NCBI GenBank assembly: GCA_032718475.1
Contig: JAUCBJ010006596.1
Coordinates: forward strand, 1-64,000
Reading direction: 5' to 3'
Source of the DNA: Nemertoderma westbladi
Lineage: Eukaryota; Animalia; Xenacoelomorpha
DNA length: 64,000 nucleotides
Position numbers and translations under genes: made by a program. Of this stretch, positions 62,871-64,000 are shown piece after piece (the first letter of the stretch is position 1; the number at the start of each line of letters is the position of its first letter). The notes beneath the pieces are model-generated. The model saw nothing but the letters and a program-made list of their open reading frames with translations, had not been told where the DNA came from and did no database searches.

Positions 62871-63849
62871 TTTGATAAGATGATAAGACTCTGGCAGATG
62901 CCCTGTTTCTTGTGAATGATGAGAAAATCCTTCATTCTATACCTGTACTTACTATTGATTAATTTCACGAGTTGTCGTTGACGTATCAGTTTGATGCAAT
63001 CATTTGCGCTTGTCCAGTTGACTTTAGAAATGAATGGCTTCCCCTTGAAATATGATACAGAGTTGAAATAACCCAATACGATATTCTTAACTATCTCTGT
63101 CATGGAAAGTTATTGCTTTTAAGTAGTTGAGCTAAGAACTACTAGGAGCTACGCAGAGGTCGTAAAAATTTACCCTTCAAAAGAATTACTGAGATGGACC
63201 TAATGTAGATTGTCCTACAGTATAATAATAAATAATAGACTGTCAGCTACAGTTCTTACTACAATACACCGGGTGAATATCATACTAAAATAACAATCTA
63301 CAATGTGAAAATGTAGGACGATATCAAAATAATTCCGGCTAGAGGCTGTCTTAAAGCTGTCTCAAATTAGCCAACAAGTTTTGTTAATAACTAACCAACC
63401 ACATATAAAACTAGGATCATGGTGAATTACTGCAAGCTAAATGCCGGCGAATAGCCGCTAGGGTGGCTCTTAAAAATCGAAAATATGATTTATGATATTA
63501 GATATACGAACACCATCTTTCCCAAAAAATGTATGAGTGAAGGCGATGCTATCAGTTTGTGATAATCTAGTTGTAGAAACAGAGATCCATTCCAGTTTGC
63601 CCTTACACACTTTAACTGGCATTTGTAAACCTTCTAACGAGGGATATTTAAGTTAAGTATGACATCTTTAGTTTTACAATACTCTTCTCCTTCATTAGCC
63701 TTGTTGCGCTTGTCCTGTTTTGTCTTAAAATTATTTTCCTAAGCGGAGACTAACGAACGACCTTTAGAACTATGCAAACTCTCGAAACTATGAGAGTAAC
63801 TGCTGATTGATATATGGTAGATGGATACTCGTATCCACTGTAAACTCGT

Positions 63850-64000
63850 CCAGGAACCTTGGAAACAGGCATTGGCTCGAACTCGAGTTCGATATTACCG
63901 CTCCCACGTTCTTCCTCTGGGAAAGATTCAACAAGTGCGGCAGAGTTGGATACAAACTTCTTCAGTTTAAATCCGCCACCCACTAAACAGTCCTGTAAGT
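63850..64000 (-). mobile_element. BEL/Pao RT fragment (continues beyond window)
   Basis: GGFKLKKFVSNS...SKVPG matches the BEL/Pao GGF.L.KF.SN...KVLG region. Confidence 0.7.

Noticed and set aside
62840-63103. 87-aa minus-strand ORF
   Set aside because: No recognisable domain and runs into the 168-bp repeat.

Overview
AT-rich eukaryotic (metazoan-like) repeat-dense window with no intact housekeeping gene. It is a nest of decayed transposons: piggyBac, two hAT(m)-like, CACTA/EnSpm with DUF4806-like partners, pogo/Tigger, a Tc1/mariner-type non-autonomous element, CR1/L2, two RTE families, two Penelope-like families with minimal hammerhead ribozymes, Gypsy, Copia and BEL fragments, plus several tandem arrays. 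Most ORFs in the supplied track between 5.5 and 14.8 kb are artefacts of a 57-bp array. Signals not explained by known TEs: (i) an unnamed spliced gene family ('family X', predicted OB-fold/Cys-rich) reconstructable from four + strand segments (0.6-2.3, 5.8-15.8, 39.1-40.4 and 51.8-52.6 kb), two sharing an intron position; (ii) a tyrosine recombinase with a C-terminal Myb/SANT-like domain; (iii) two unrelated ~57-bp arrays, one grown out of a family X exon and one out of the recombinase stop-codon region; (iv) in-frame fusion of a Gypsy integrase to family X. That these belong to one undescribed recombinase-type mobile element is a hypothesis. All family assignments come from motif recognition by eye, not database searches.
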